Shown here one piece after another: positions 1 through 11,903 of a DNA stretch of 64,000 nt. Under the pieces are notes generated by a model, which had not been told where the DNA came from, did not search any database, and saw nothing but the letters and a program-made list of their open reading frames with translations. Both the position numbers and the translations under genes were made by a program. Within the stretch, counting starts at the first letter, position 1. Each line of letters begins with the position of its first letter. This DNA is from Eledone cirrhosa (taxonomy: Eukaryota): the NCBI GenBank assembly GCA_964016885.1, contig OZ024746.1, positions 18,600,001 to 18,664,000 of the forward strand, read 5' to 3'.

Positions 1-385
1 TAAAATATAAATTTTGTTTCTTTTTTATTTCTTTAATGCTATTTTTTTAAGTTTGTAAACCAAATTGTAAATCTTTTGTATGTAATAAGCCTGCTTCTCT
101 ATAGAATTTAAGAATTTTTTATTTCTGAAAAATAGATTAAAAGTCTTCAAAAATCTATAAAGGGCAATATATTTAAAGGGCCACAGCCAATTAATTTATA
201 AAAGCTAGTTATATTTTTTTCTAAAATGTTGGAGGGGGGGGGGGGATAATAAAAAACAAAAGAACGCTTCGCTTCCAGGTATGACATTGATTCAATACAC
301 CTCAGTGTGTCAAGTAAATTAGAGAAGCGCATAAATTGTTAGTCATATTTTACAAATATAGAAATTAAATATATTTGACGGCGAT

Positions 386-1096
386 CCTTCGTCTTAGGTA
401 GACGCGGTGTAAACAATGATTTCAACAATATCTGTACCGGAAGTCGCATGTCCATCGTTTGTTTTAGTTTTTGTTTGCTGGTCATGTAAATGATTGTGTT
501 GGTGTGTTCGGGATTTTTTTTTTTTTAAGGGAGGGTGATTTTTTGCGTGTGTGACATTTCCTTTCCTTTTACTAATAAACATTAAAATATAAATTCAAAA
601 CGAAAGAAAATATATATTCATGATATTTCACATAAAAATAGAAATCATGTAACCTTATAAACATAACACACACAAATATACAATCAGAAATGGAAAAAAA
701 ACCCACAAGAAGTGGCATCGGAACTTTTTTCTAATATTTTAAAACCATTCGGATCTATCAGTTACCGTCTATTTTCATTTCCTTGCCCTATTACATTCAT
801 TCATTCCCCCAACCCCGCTATTCATTAATTTTTATTACTGTTCAAGTAGTTGGAGAGATGATATGTAATGATAACGTTTAATAATGAGGAACGATAAGAA
901 AAGATAGCGATAAAAAAAAAGAAGCGGGTCGGGGATGGTCGTAGTCAGAAAAATCAGGAAAGCAATAGTAAAAGTGAAAAAACAAAGACGCGAACGAGTA
1001 CATGACCTGTTTAATGACTAAGAAAACGAAAACGCGCAACTTCCGGTGCAGAAAACTGCTTAAGTCATTTATTACACTGTCTACCTAAGACGAAGG
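386..1096. promoter_or_regulatory. Divergent pair of ~62-bp inverted elements (386-447 and 1036-1096), each with an ETS site and a PSE-like GTCTACCTAAGACGAAGG
   Basis: Identical 18-mer and ACTTCCGGT in both arms, pointing outward, with AT-rich TATA-like tracts downstream of each. Promoter function is inferred. Confidence 0.45.
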
Positions 1097-4000
1097 GTCA
1101 CTTATTTGATGCTTTTTCTTTTCTTTTTTTTTTTTATAAATTTTCTGTAAAGAATGATTACTCAAATATATTGACACTGTGAAAAAAATTACAAGGAGTC
1201 GTGGCAATCATGCATTTTCTGACTATATTATCGACGTCGCTAAGTTCAGATCCTGTCGACATTAAGCCTTGCTTTTCATCCTTACGGGGTCGATAAAATA
1301 AAGTACCAGTAATGCCCTGGAGTCAATTTAATCGACTTTCCCTTCCGCTAACAATTGCTGGACTTGTGCCTAAATCAGAAACGATTATTGTTATTAGTTT
1401 AAATCCCACCGAGGTTAGCTTTGCTTTTCATTCTTACGAGGGTCGATAAGATAAAGTACCAGTAAGACACTGAGGTCGATTTAATCGACTTTCTCCTCCC
1501 CATAAAACTGTTGACCTTGTTCCTAAATTAGAAACCATTATCAACGTAGCTCAAGTGAGTAAACAACTAACAAAAAGACATGGCCATGAATTTGGTTACT
1601 TCACCTTTTATTCTACAGGACTCTTGTTAAAAAAACACTCGTTATATCAAGAGCTTTACAATTATTATGCTATATTTACTTTTTTAATAGTAACGTTCTT
1701 ACTCTTACTATTTAATAAGTGTTTGCTCATACTTATTCACTCAGTTCCCCCTACCCCCACAAAGCTCCTCCCTACCACCCGCGCAGCTCCTCCGCTCCAT
1801 CGCACACAGCTCTACAGCCCCCCCCCCCCCCCACACACACACACACAAGCATGGATATTTAAACACAAAAATGTCATTGTTACATTTTCTAATGATTTTC
1901 TAGTGATTTTTTTTTAAACAAGTAAATTGTGAGTATTAAATTATATTATAAAGTAGAGAAAAGAAAGGCAAATCAGTTTCACCAGGGGCATCATCACCAG
2001 ATAACGCAGGCAAGCCATAAATGACAAAATCGTTGCCATTAGAGTCCCCAGTTCCCACAAACAACAAATACCACAGGCTGAAAAATGTAATTTACCATTA
2101 AATCAACAGTATCTTAGTAGTTTATTGCTCTTGGCAATGAACACAGTTAACTCCACCTATTTTGACTGAGTAAGCCATTGATATTTACCACATGCAAATC
2201 ATCAGCTTAATTTTGTTATTTATGTTTTAACTGCTTAACTTTCTTCCTTGCCTATTTATTCTTGGGAGAGTCATTGAAGCAGAGTCCTCAAATACTCCTT
2301 CCAGTGGGTCATATCAGAAGCAACTGTTTCCAATTGATCCAGCTGAATCCCCAATCAAGACCAAACTAGAGCTCATGGATGTTATCCTACCATCTTGCTC
2401 AGAGTCTACCCCTGGTCTCCTGCCAGTTAGCTTTTTCCCATAAAATCAGTCCAGCGTCCCTTTCCTGAGACATTATGACCACAACTGTAGTACTGGTGCT
2501 GTTATCTCTCAATTTGGAGAAATAGCATCTCTATCTGGAGCAACTCTCTCATCTCCAAGCTATGTACCCTATTGAGTAACATTACTCCAAAGACCTTTCA
2601 GAGGATCCCCATTTCGGCTGCTTGTATTCACAATCATATTCTTTTAGTCATTATCCAAGATTCATGACTATATGTAAAAGTTAGCATGAATACCAAATTG
2701 AAGATAGCAAGTCTGGCTTTTACACCTCCCTCCTTTCTTTTGATGACTAAATGCAGTTCTTGCACTTAATTCAAAGACATGGCAACCTCTCCTATGTACT
2801 TGGTAGAATGTGAAACCGTACGTAAGTGAGATACAGATCCCTGGTCAGTGTGGAAGGTCAGTAGTCCTGCTTCAATACTGACTTGGTCTATCTAGACCTG
2901 TCCAACCCTTGCTAGCAGGGAAAGCAGACATTAAAACGATGATGATGATACTCAAGCAATCAGGAAATAGTGCACACTATGCTCCTGATGTCAGGATTAT
3001 TTTTAAAATTATTCATGACCATAAGTAATATATTTAATATGCAGCATTGTGAGATATTCATGGCCAGTTTTTCTCACAAATTAATGTTGCAGATGCAGCT
3101 ATATTCTAATTTACAGAAGCATTCATTCTTTGCTACCACAGAAAATAGATATAATAGATGACAAAAAGAAAAATAATTTATATATATATTAGATGTTATT
3201 CAATGAATACCCAGCAGGAAGTATGTTAAGACTAGGTCAAGACTTTAATGAAAATTAACTGAGAAATCAATATCTATCAGACATCATTCATCTTATGCTA
3301 AAGCAAACAACATATCAAAGTTAACATATAAGAAGATTATTCTCTAGGAGTAAAGAAAACTGCTATATATTACTGCTTAGAACATCCACCACTTCCTTAA
3401 AACTTTTTGGTATCAGTGGTTTCAAGTTTCTCCAAGTTGCCTACTTAATGGGGGATTTTCATGTCCTGTTGGCATGTTCCTAGAATGTTTTTTTTTTATA
3501 TATATTTCTATCACTATTACTACAGTTTCCTGTGACAAACTGTTTCCCAGTTAATCTAAGAAAAAGGTTTCACAATTCTAGCAGGTTCTCAGTTTCTGAA
3601 GTTATGGTTTCAATTATCTATATTGCACTAATTTTAGAATGATACTTCAAATTCATGTAGTATGTATGCGTGTATGTGTATTAATAAAGTAGAACTGTCT
3701 GAAGTAGTAAAACACTGTTTATCACTTGGATAAAAATATATATAATAAAATGATATTTATAAGTTGAATTTAGCAAGGGCAGTGGATTGACAAAATTGCT
3801 AGAGCGTCGGACAACATGCTTTGCAGCATATAGTTACGTCCCTTTATATTCTGAGTTCAAATCCCACCAAGATTGTCTTTTATCCTTCCGGGGTCAATAA
3901 AATAAAATAAAATACCAGTAATGCATTGAGGACAATTTAATCAACTTTCTCCTCTCCCAAAATTGTTGGCCTTGTGCCTAAATCAGAAACCATAGTTTGA

Positions 4001-4302
4001 ATCTTGCACTTTCACCTTTCACGAGACTTATCAAGGGTGTAGCCATACTCACCACATTTGGTGAGGCTATTTAATCAATAGTTGGGGGTTGGATGGTTGT
4101 TGATTCTGAGGAGATAACCCACCCTTTTAAAGAGCTCTTGTTTATGTTATCTCTAATATTGAATCTCTTGCTTGTTGATTAACATTTTAAACTTTAACTT
4201 TAAAACAAAAAGGATTATTTTGAGTCAAACTTAGTTTGAAACAGCTCTAACAGGACTGGGTTTTCTAGTGATGAATCACTCATACAACAAATATCTTATG
4301 TG

Positions 4303-4660
4303 TCTGGAGGGCCTTGCTGTAAGTAGAAGGCCAGTGGCATCATGAAGTTGGAGGGCTTTGCCAGAAGTAAAAAGGCACAGTGACATCATGGAGCTGGAAG
4401 ACCTTGCCAGAAATAGAAGGGTGAGTGATGTCATGGAGCTGGAGGGGGGAGCCTTGTCAGAAGTATAAGGGTCAGTTACTTCCTAGGGCTGGAGGGGTGG
4501 GCTTGCCGGAAGTATAAGGGTCAGTGATGAGTCTGGGGAAGGGGGACTTGCTGAAAGTATAAGGTCAGATGGGGCTGGGGCCTTGCCAGAAGCAGGGCAC
4601 TATGACGTCATGGGGTTAGAGGATCTTGCTAGAATTATGAGGGCCAGTGATGTCACAGTC
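4303..4660. repeat. Degenerate ~45-50-bp tandem repeat
   Basis: Recurring ctggagggccttgccagaagtagaagggccagtgatgtcatggag-like units. Confidence 0.8.
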
Positions 4661-6689
4661 GAGAAGGCAGGAAGCAACAGCATCACAAGCTTTCTCCGCT
4701 CTCTTGGTTAACAAACACTGGAGAGGGAAGTTGTGGTTTTCTTTGCTCCATGCATAGGGGACACACGGGGATATTTTCTGGTCATAGAGCAGAGTTGGGC
4801 TGGGCACTTACGGACTATGGATATACTGCATTCTGGAGATCCACCAGTGAGACGTCCCACAAGGTAGGTGGGCTATGCCCCAACCCCTTGTATCACATAC
4901 CTGTTTTAGAACTCCACATATAACATGTAGCTCTTCTGTAGTTATTCAATTCAACCAAGGATATATTGATCCTTATTTTATTAATGAGCTTCTAGGAAAA
5001 TAAATCAAAGTAACCTCAGTAGGATTTGAACTTTAGAATCAAAAGATTTTAACTATATCTGCAACAACCTAACTATCTACCTTAAAATTATTTTCAAAAT
5101 CTGAAATGTGTATGTTCCAATGTAAATGACCATAATAATAGTTGACCATTATAAATAATAGTTGAGAAATTCAGGAAAAGTACCCCAGGAGACAGAAAAA
5201 AGTGGAGAGAGACACCCGGGAGGAATTGAACATCGTATCTCTCAGATGTCAGGCAAGTGCTTTAACCACTGAACTAGAGCCACTGCCTGCCAATTCCCTT
5301 ATTTTAGCAGATTTTAAGCTTGTAGCTAGAAGTGTTAACAAAACAGTTTTCTTAAATATTATTTATAGTGATCAACTATTATTAAAGTCAACTTTAGGAT
5401 GTGCACATTCCAAACTGCATCTCATCTAACGTGATTCTGTCCTTAATTTCCAAATATACTTGGATATAAGCCAGTATGTAACCAAAATGGTGATGGTAGT
5501 GAGGGGGGGGGGTGCTTATATACGATAGTTGTGCTATAACTCTTTCAGTAATCTTTATGACCTGGTCCATCAACTTCATGCCTCAGTGGTTACTTCAACC
5601 TTTCCCTTGTAGCAATTTACAATAATTGTTTCTACTTTTGGCACAAGGCCAGCAATTACCCCAGTGTATTACTGGTACTTTATTTTATCGACCCCGGAAG
5701 GATGAAAGGGAAAGTTAACCTTGGCGGGATTTGAACTCAGATCATAAAGGGCCGTAACTCTTTGCTGCAAAGCATGGCATCCGACCATCTACTGATACTG
5801 CCAAACCATCACTCTTTTTACAATAATACTGTACAATCATTCACACACACCATCACTATCATCATCATCATCAATTTACAATAATACTGCTGTACTAGTA
5901 ATTAGGAATGACAACATCCTGGTCCACCCTGTAAAGTTGTGTTGGTAATACAACAAAAAGCATCCAGTCCACACTGTAAAGTGGTTGTGCTGGTGACACA
6001 ACAAAAAGCGCCCAGTCATTCCTCTAAAGTGGTTGTGTTAGTGACACGACAAAAAGCACCCAGTCCACACTGTAAGGTGGTCGTGTTGGTGAATGATTGT
6101 ACTTTATTACCTATAGAAAATGAAATAGTTGACCATACAAATTTTGAAATAATTTCCCAATAAATAACCAGGTTCTCACTCAAAAAATTAATGGTGCCAT
6201 TTATTTAGTATTTGGTGCAATATTTAATGATGAAACTAACATTTAATCATTATTACATTGTTTTGACGCATAGAGTTACGGCCCTTGCCATTCTGAGTTC
6301 AAATCCCGCCGAGGTTAACTTTGCCTTTCATCCTTACGGGGTCGATAAAATAAAGTACCAGTAATACACTGGGTATTTGCTGGCCTTGTGCCAAAAGTAG
6401 AAACAATTATTACATTGTTTTTATCTAATGGATAGATTCAGGATGATAGTACACCTTAAGTTACCTCCCTTACACTTGGAAGTTTTTTTTGTTCTCAGCT
6501 CCATTAAAACATTGATGGCCCACGTTGTTTAGCCTGGCTTCCTCCATTCACCTAGTGAGAAGCAACAAGTATATTTAATATTATTTACAGTTTAAAAAAA
6601 GGATAATATTTAAATAAAAAAAAACAACAGAAGGGAAAAGAAAAAAGATAATTAAGCAACGCAAAGAAAAGAGACAGGGTAGAGGTACA

Positions 6690-8182
6690 GACTCTCCACA
6701 CCAGTCAGAGCAGTGATTCAGCTATATCCCTTAGACAGAATGGCAAAGGCATTGCCACAGAGAATGGCCAGTGACACCTGCAACAACACGCACCCTACCT
6801 CAGGTGGACTGCTGTTTTTTCTGAAAAGAAGTACACCAGAGTTCTTGGTGGTGACCAATACAAAAAGGAAGTGGTCAGTCAAGCCTTGGTATTTGTTTAT
6901 CTTCCTTACCTCTGCATTGCAAACGGTAGTGCCCAGGTTTGCAGCTGAAGTCACATGGTTGGAGGAATGAGTTACAACACATCACATCCCAGATTAGGGA
7001 TTTACCTCTAGCAAATGGGAAGAGGGTTATTCCATTGGGGCACATACCATCATCATTGAGGCCAGCTATTTTTGACAAGAAGCCAGCTGCCTTGAGGCTC
7101 CTCTTAATGATATTGTTCAGAGTGACATATCAGATGGACCAACCTATGCTAAGTTGGCAAGATAGTGGTGCATGTGGTACTCGTCAACAACGGCATTTGT
7201 GTGGCTCACACACGAAGATTTAGGAACTTTGTTATTCCAATGCAAGTGCATCCAGCGTCAAGAAGGGTACTGATTGATGAGGAGGGCATAAAATTAAGCC
7301 ACACACCACTGCTTAGGTGCGAGGTGGAGCAGAAGCATGTGGGGTGGTGTTGGTTCAAGGAAGAGTTAATACCTCTGAAGATAGACCTACATATGACATC
7401 GTTCCAGTTATGTTGGACATCTGGGGAATGGTAAGACCTTCGTTGATCACAGTTGACTCCAGTTCCCAGGCCACATCAGGCTTTGCCATCTTGCAGAGGA
7501 TCTCATTGATGTGGGTGTGGCTGGAGGAGAGATAGGCCGGCAGCACCAGGTCTGAACTGGATTGGAGGCTGAAGCCACTGAATTTCACAAGGAATTTTGC
7601 CAGCACCATTGGAGCTTACATTGCAGATAAGTTCTGTGAAAGGGGGACAACACACCATGTAGCATGAAAAGGGATTTGGAGAGAGTGAGGCAGTTCCTCA
7701 GGAGGAAGAGCACTGGGTGTGCATCAATGTGACACAATCTCTCCATCATCCTTGTCAGGGCTGCATGCTTGGTCTCCAGGCACTCACGTATGGCTTTTAG
7801 AATTGCTATGCTGAAAATGTAGGCAGTATATTTTGGTACTAGCCAGGCCTCAGTCAGGATGGGCTAAATTCTGAGTACATTGTCTTCGAATTCAGCTTTG
7901 CTGTAGTACACATTTATGACCTCAGACTTGGACAGGACAGGTTAATCTCAGTCCTATGAGCTTTAGGCTGGGATGACTTGTCGAAGGTCCTCTACAACAA
8001 ACTCAACGAAGACACCCAGAGTTACATCATCCTGGTACAAGATATTGAAGGGTGAGAGCTCTGAGTGGGTAATTTCATTTACAGCCAGCACAAAGAGGAG
8101 CAGGCTGAGTGGGTCACACTGCTGGACAACTTTGGCAAAAGTGACTTTGTTGTCAGCAGCCATGAGTGTGCTGGATGTCCCA
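6690..8182 (-). mobile_element. Degenerate CRE-like non-LTR retrotransposon (RT + restriction-like endonuclease)
   Basis: RT remnants VQQCDPLSLLLF and NILYQDDVTLG. C-terminal RLE-type motifs CPNGITLFPFARGKSLIWDV and SLAILCGNA (compare RPDG...WD and LS.AIQRGNA of CRE elements). Many frameshifts. Confidence 0.7.
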
Positions 8183-8264
8183 TAGGAAAAATGTGCATTT
8201 TATTCTCTAACGCTAAATAATAAAAAATTATATATATACACATATATATATATAAGTATATATA

Positions 8265-8760
8265 TATCATCATCATCACCATTTTACGTCCGTTCTTCCA
8301 CGCTGTTGTGGGCAGTGTCCGGTCGGCTGACCTTGTCTTGCTCATATGGGAACTGATTCTGGCTTGCTTTCTACAGCTGGATGCCCTTCCTAACACCAAC
8401 CTCATTTACAGTGAGTGCTGGGTGCTTTTTTCATGGCACCGACACGTCCACTTTACAGTGTGGGCTGGGTGCTTTTTTGCCGTGGCACCTCCACGACCAC
8501 CTTGCAGTGGGAGGGACCGGGGGGGCATATTGTCTATATGCTTCAGCTTTGGCTTGTACCCGTGGGGGGGGGGGGGGTCTGGTCTTCTGTATTATTGCGT
8601 GATGCCAGAGGTCACGGTCATGTGTCATTGCCTTTGAGAGGTGTAATTGGGTAAGGTCGGCTTTTATCACCTCATCCCAGGTCTTCTTGGGTCTCCCCAC
8701 TCCGCGGCTTCCATCAACTTCTAGTGCTCTGCACCTTTTTATGCAGCTGCCATCCTTCAT
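8265..8760 (-). mobile_element. RTE LINE 3' fragment
   Basis: Minus strand reads MKDGSCIKRC...GRPKKTWDEVIKADL, followed by the family 3' UTR and a GAT tail. Confidence 0.85.
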
Positions 8761-9160
8761 ATATATATATATATATGTGTGTGTGTGTATATATATATAT
8801 ATATACATCGTTCATATATATATATATATATGTGTGTGTATATATATATAAAGGGTAAAGAGCCCTTTCAGTCATGGATGACCATGGGATTTGTATCTAA
8901 AAAGTTCTCCTCCGAGGCACAAGTCCAAGCAAGATTGTTTTTGAAGACCAGCAGTCACTCATACATACAAGTCTTCCCTCTTCATGCCACTGATGTGGTC
9001 CAAGGAAAAGGTGATGGTTCTTATACATTGGCACCAGTGATGTCACAATTCATTTCTACAGCTGATTAAACTGGAGCAATATATATGCATTAATATATGC
9101 GTTAATATGCATAAGGAAAGTATATACTTTCAGACGTTCAACCATCTGGCAGGAAGGTAT

Positions 9161-9203
9161 ACGATGCTGACGATAGCTAATAAGCTTGAAACTAGTACAT
9201 CGT
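9161..9203 (+). ncRNA. Minimal type I hammerhead ribozyme (Penelope-like pLTR type)
   Basis: ACGATG-CTGACGA-tAGCT(aata)AGCTt-GAAA-CTAG-TA-CATCGT. Perfect 6-bp stem I, canonical core, palindromic ACTAGT stem III and a GUA cleavage triplet. Confidence 0.75.
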
Positions 9204-9474
9204 TCCTGTGTCAGTGTTGAACAAAAAGGTAGCGTGGTTGCCTAAACACTGTACGGCGTAATTCAGGCTGTTTGTTTGTTTACAAACAAACAAACCGAGC
9301 ATTATAATAAATGTTCGGTAAACCGATACGTGCATATATATATGTGTGCATGTATGTATATATATACTACTGTACGTCTGTATACATATATGTATGTACG
9401 TATACATACATATATACTTACATTTAAGTAAGTGCCATACTAAGAGTGAGAAATGAAATTTCGTTTCATTCTAT

Positions 9475-9478
<4 letters not shown>

Positions 9479-9540
<62 letters not shown>
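9479..9540. repeat. (TA)n microsatellite (others at ~9700, 9840, 14790, 19280, 22990, 23200, 26665, 40315, 44170, 56930, 57125)
   Basis: Directly visible dinucleotide runs. Confidence 0.98.
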
Positions 9541-9546
<6 letters not shown>

Positions 9547-9693
9547 GTGAGGTTTTTTTTACAAAATGAAAAATAACCGAGGTGTCTTACACAAGTGAAA
9601 GTATAAAGAAAAAAAGATGAAATCGAAAATGCAACTGGAGTTTTATTTTAAAAAAAAATAAGACTCCAGTTGCATTTTCGATTTCATCTTTTT

Positions 9694-9742
<49 letters not shown>

Positions 9743-9821
9743 CATATATCATCATTATCATTATCACTGTTTAATGTCCATTTTTCCACACTGGCATGGG
9801 TTAGATGAATATATATATATA

Positions 9822-9882
<61 letters not shown>

Positions 9883-10329
9883 ATATATATATATATATAT
9901 TAGCGAAAGATTGTTATTCAAATTCCATCTACAATTGTTTCTATGGAGATAAATGTAGTGCTGGTATACAGAATCAATCAATTAATGAGTCCAATAATTA
10001 ATAATCAATAACATAGATGGCACTCAAGCATAAATCCCCATTTCATCAGGAAAAATAGATAGGAATATTGAGTTACTTGAAAGATTCAGCAAAAATATAG
10101 CAAGCTTTTGAAAAGTGAACAAAACATGTGAGAGATATTGAAAAAGTTATTTGTGTAACCAGAGAATAGTGTATTAATATAAGCATTAAAAGTGTGAATA
10201 ATTCATCCAGCTTGACACACATAACAGTGGATTATTCCATAATTATTAAAAAAAAATTTACCTGAATTTTTTTAGAGAAAGGCCTCAAATTTCATATAGT
10301 TTAGGACCTCAGCAGATGAACATCCAGCC

Positions 10330-11850
10330 TTGCCTACCTGATATAAATTCAAACTGCATGTCATCTAACTTGAATCTGTCCCTAATTAGTTGTACTATGA
10401 TTATCAACTTGATGCTTCTTGTAGCAGTTTTCATCAGGTATGACATCATTCTGTTCTAGTTGATTAATTAAGCATCTGGTGAGTTCATAACCTACATGCT
10501 AGATATTTCTAACACTTCAGCAATCCCTTCATATCAACTTTTATGACAGGTCACTCAGTTGCCCTTTTCTGCCTCATTTATTCTTTGTTTAACACTTTCT
10601 CATAGTAAGGCTTCCATGCCTCATTCTTTTCAGCATCTGCCAGAGAAAGAATTCCCCTATCATTTCAGATACATTTTCCCCCAACATATTATGATTTTCT
10701 CCAGCACACTGTCAATTATTTCTACAGAGCCATCTCAGCATTTGATAGTCTGTTTCATGTAAACTCTTGATGCTTACCACCCCTGTGCATACAAAGCTTA
10801 CATCTTTAGTTAATCTTCCTGAGACTTCATCTCTTGTTTATCCATAGTTTACATTATGTAGACAATATGGTGTTTCTACCCACTCTTTTTTTCATGTTTT
10901 GCATATTGAATGTGGACATTTCTTTGATGGAATCAGGGAAATGCCATCTTTCCTGATTATTAGAACTTTAGTCTTTGCTAAATTGACCTTGAGGCCATTT
11001 TGATTCTAAATATTGCTACCAAGTCTGGAATTCCTTCTGTAGTTTCTCATAAGATTCAGCTATGAGAACTAGGTCATCAACATATAGAGGTTCTCACAGG
11101 AAACCATCTTAAACTGTGTTATGGCCTAGAGAACAATAACAAACCAAAGCAGGCTGAAAACAGAGCCCTGGTGGACGCCACTTGTACCAATGAACTTATC
11201 ACCATATTTATTTGTAACTCTAACCTTGCTGACTACACCTTTGTACATATCTTGTATAACTCACCAGTCAACCACCCATCCCTAATTTCCTAAGAGCCCA
11301 CCAGATTATGTAACAAAGTTTTGTCCAGATCAACATATGCTAGATACAGGGGCTTACTCTTAGCTAAGTACTTCTCCTGCAGTTGTCTCAAAAGGGAGTG
11401 GATTGTCATGTATTGGATGACAAACATCGACAAATGCAAGAAAGTGCGATCTATCTCTGAAGTTCAGATCCTGTTACCCGCCTCACCGGAAGTCCATTTT
11501 CTCCTGACCAGTTCAATACCATATGCACAGTAAAGTAACGATGTCAACAGTTCGTCTATTACAAGCTTGCAGACAATGCTCTACAGTACCTTTACCTGAC
11601 ATAAAACCCAATTGCCTTTTGTCTCGGTGTACTCTTTAATCATTCATGCTATAACTCTTCAGTGACTTGGTTCATCAATTTGATGGTTCTATAGTTTCTT
11701 CTGTCTTAGTGCGTCACCCTTGTCCTTGTAGCAGTTGACAATGATGCTGCTACACCACTCATTGTGTATGACACCTTCTTGTATTTACTATATACACGGA
11801 TTAAGATGACAATCCCCGTCCTAGATGCCTTCAGCATCTAATCAACTATT
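10330..11850 (-). mobile_element. Older, rearranged RTE RT fragments
   Basis: Reverse-complement remnants of LDDMQFEF, QLQEKYLAK, LYVDDLVLIAES, LKVNLAKTKV and IVNCYKDKG, with many disablements. Confidence 0.75.
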
Positions 11851-11862
11851 CTTGATTGTCCA

Positions 11863-11902
<40 letters not shown>

Positions 11903-11903
<1 letters not shown>

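Noticed and set aside
1960-2090. GC-richer island with a minus-strand acceptor and TGATGA/CTGA words (exon or snoRNA?)
   Set aside because: No partner exons or recognisable protein were found, the C-D spacing is too short, and there is no convincing H/ACA fold.
9643-10001. ORFs rich in YIYI/HTHT (also 8779, 14668, 26047, 37147, 56907)
   Set aside because: Translations of (TA)n/(CA)n microsatellites.
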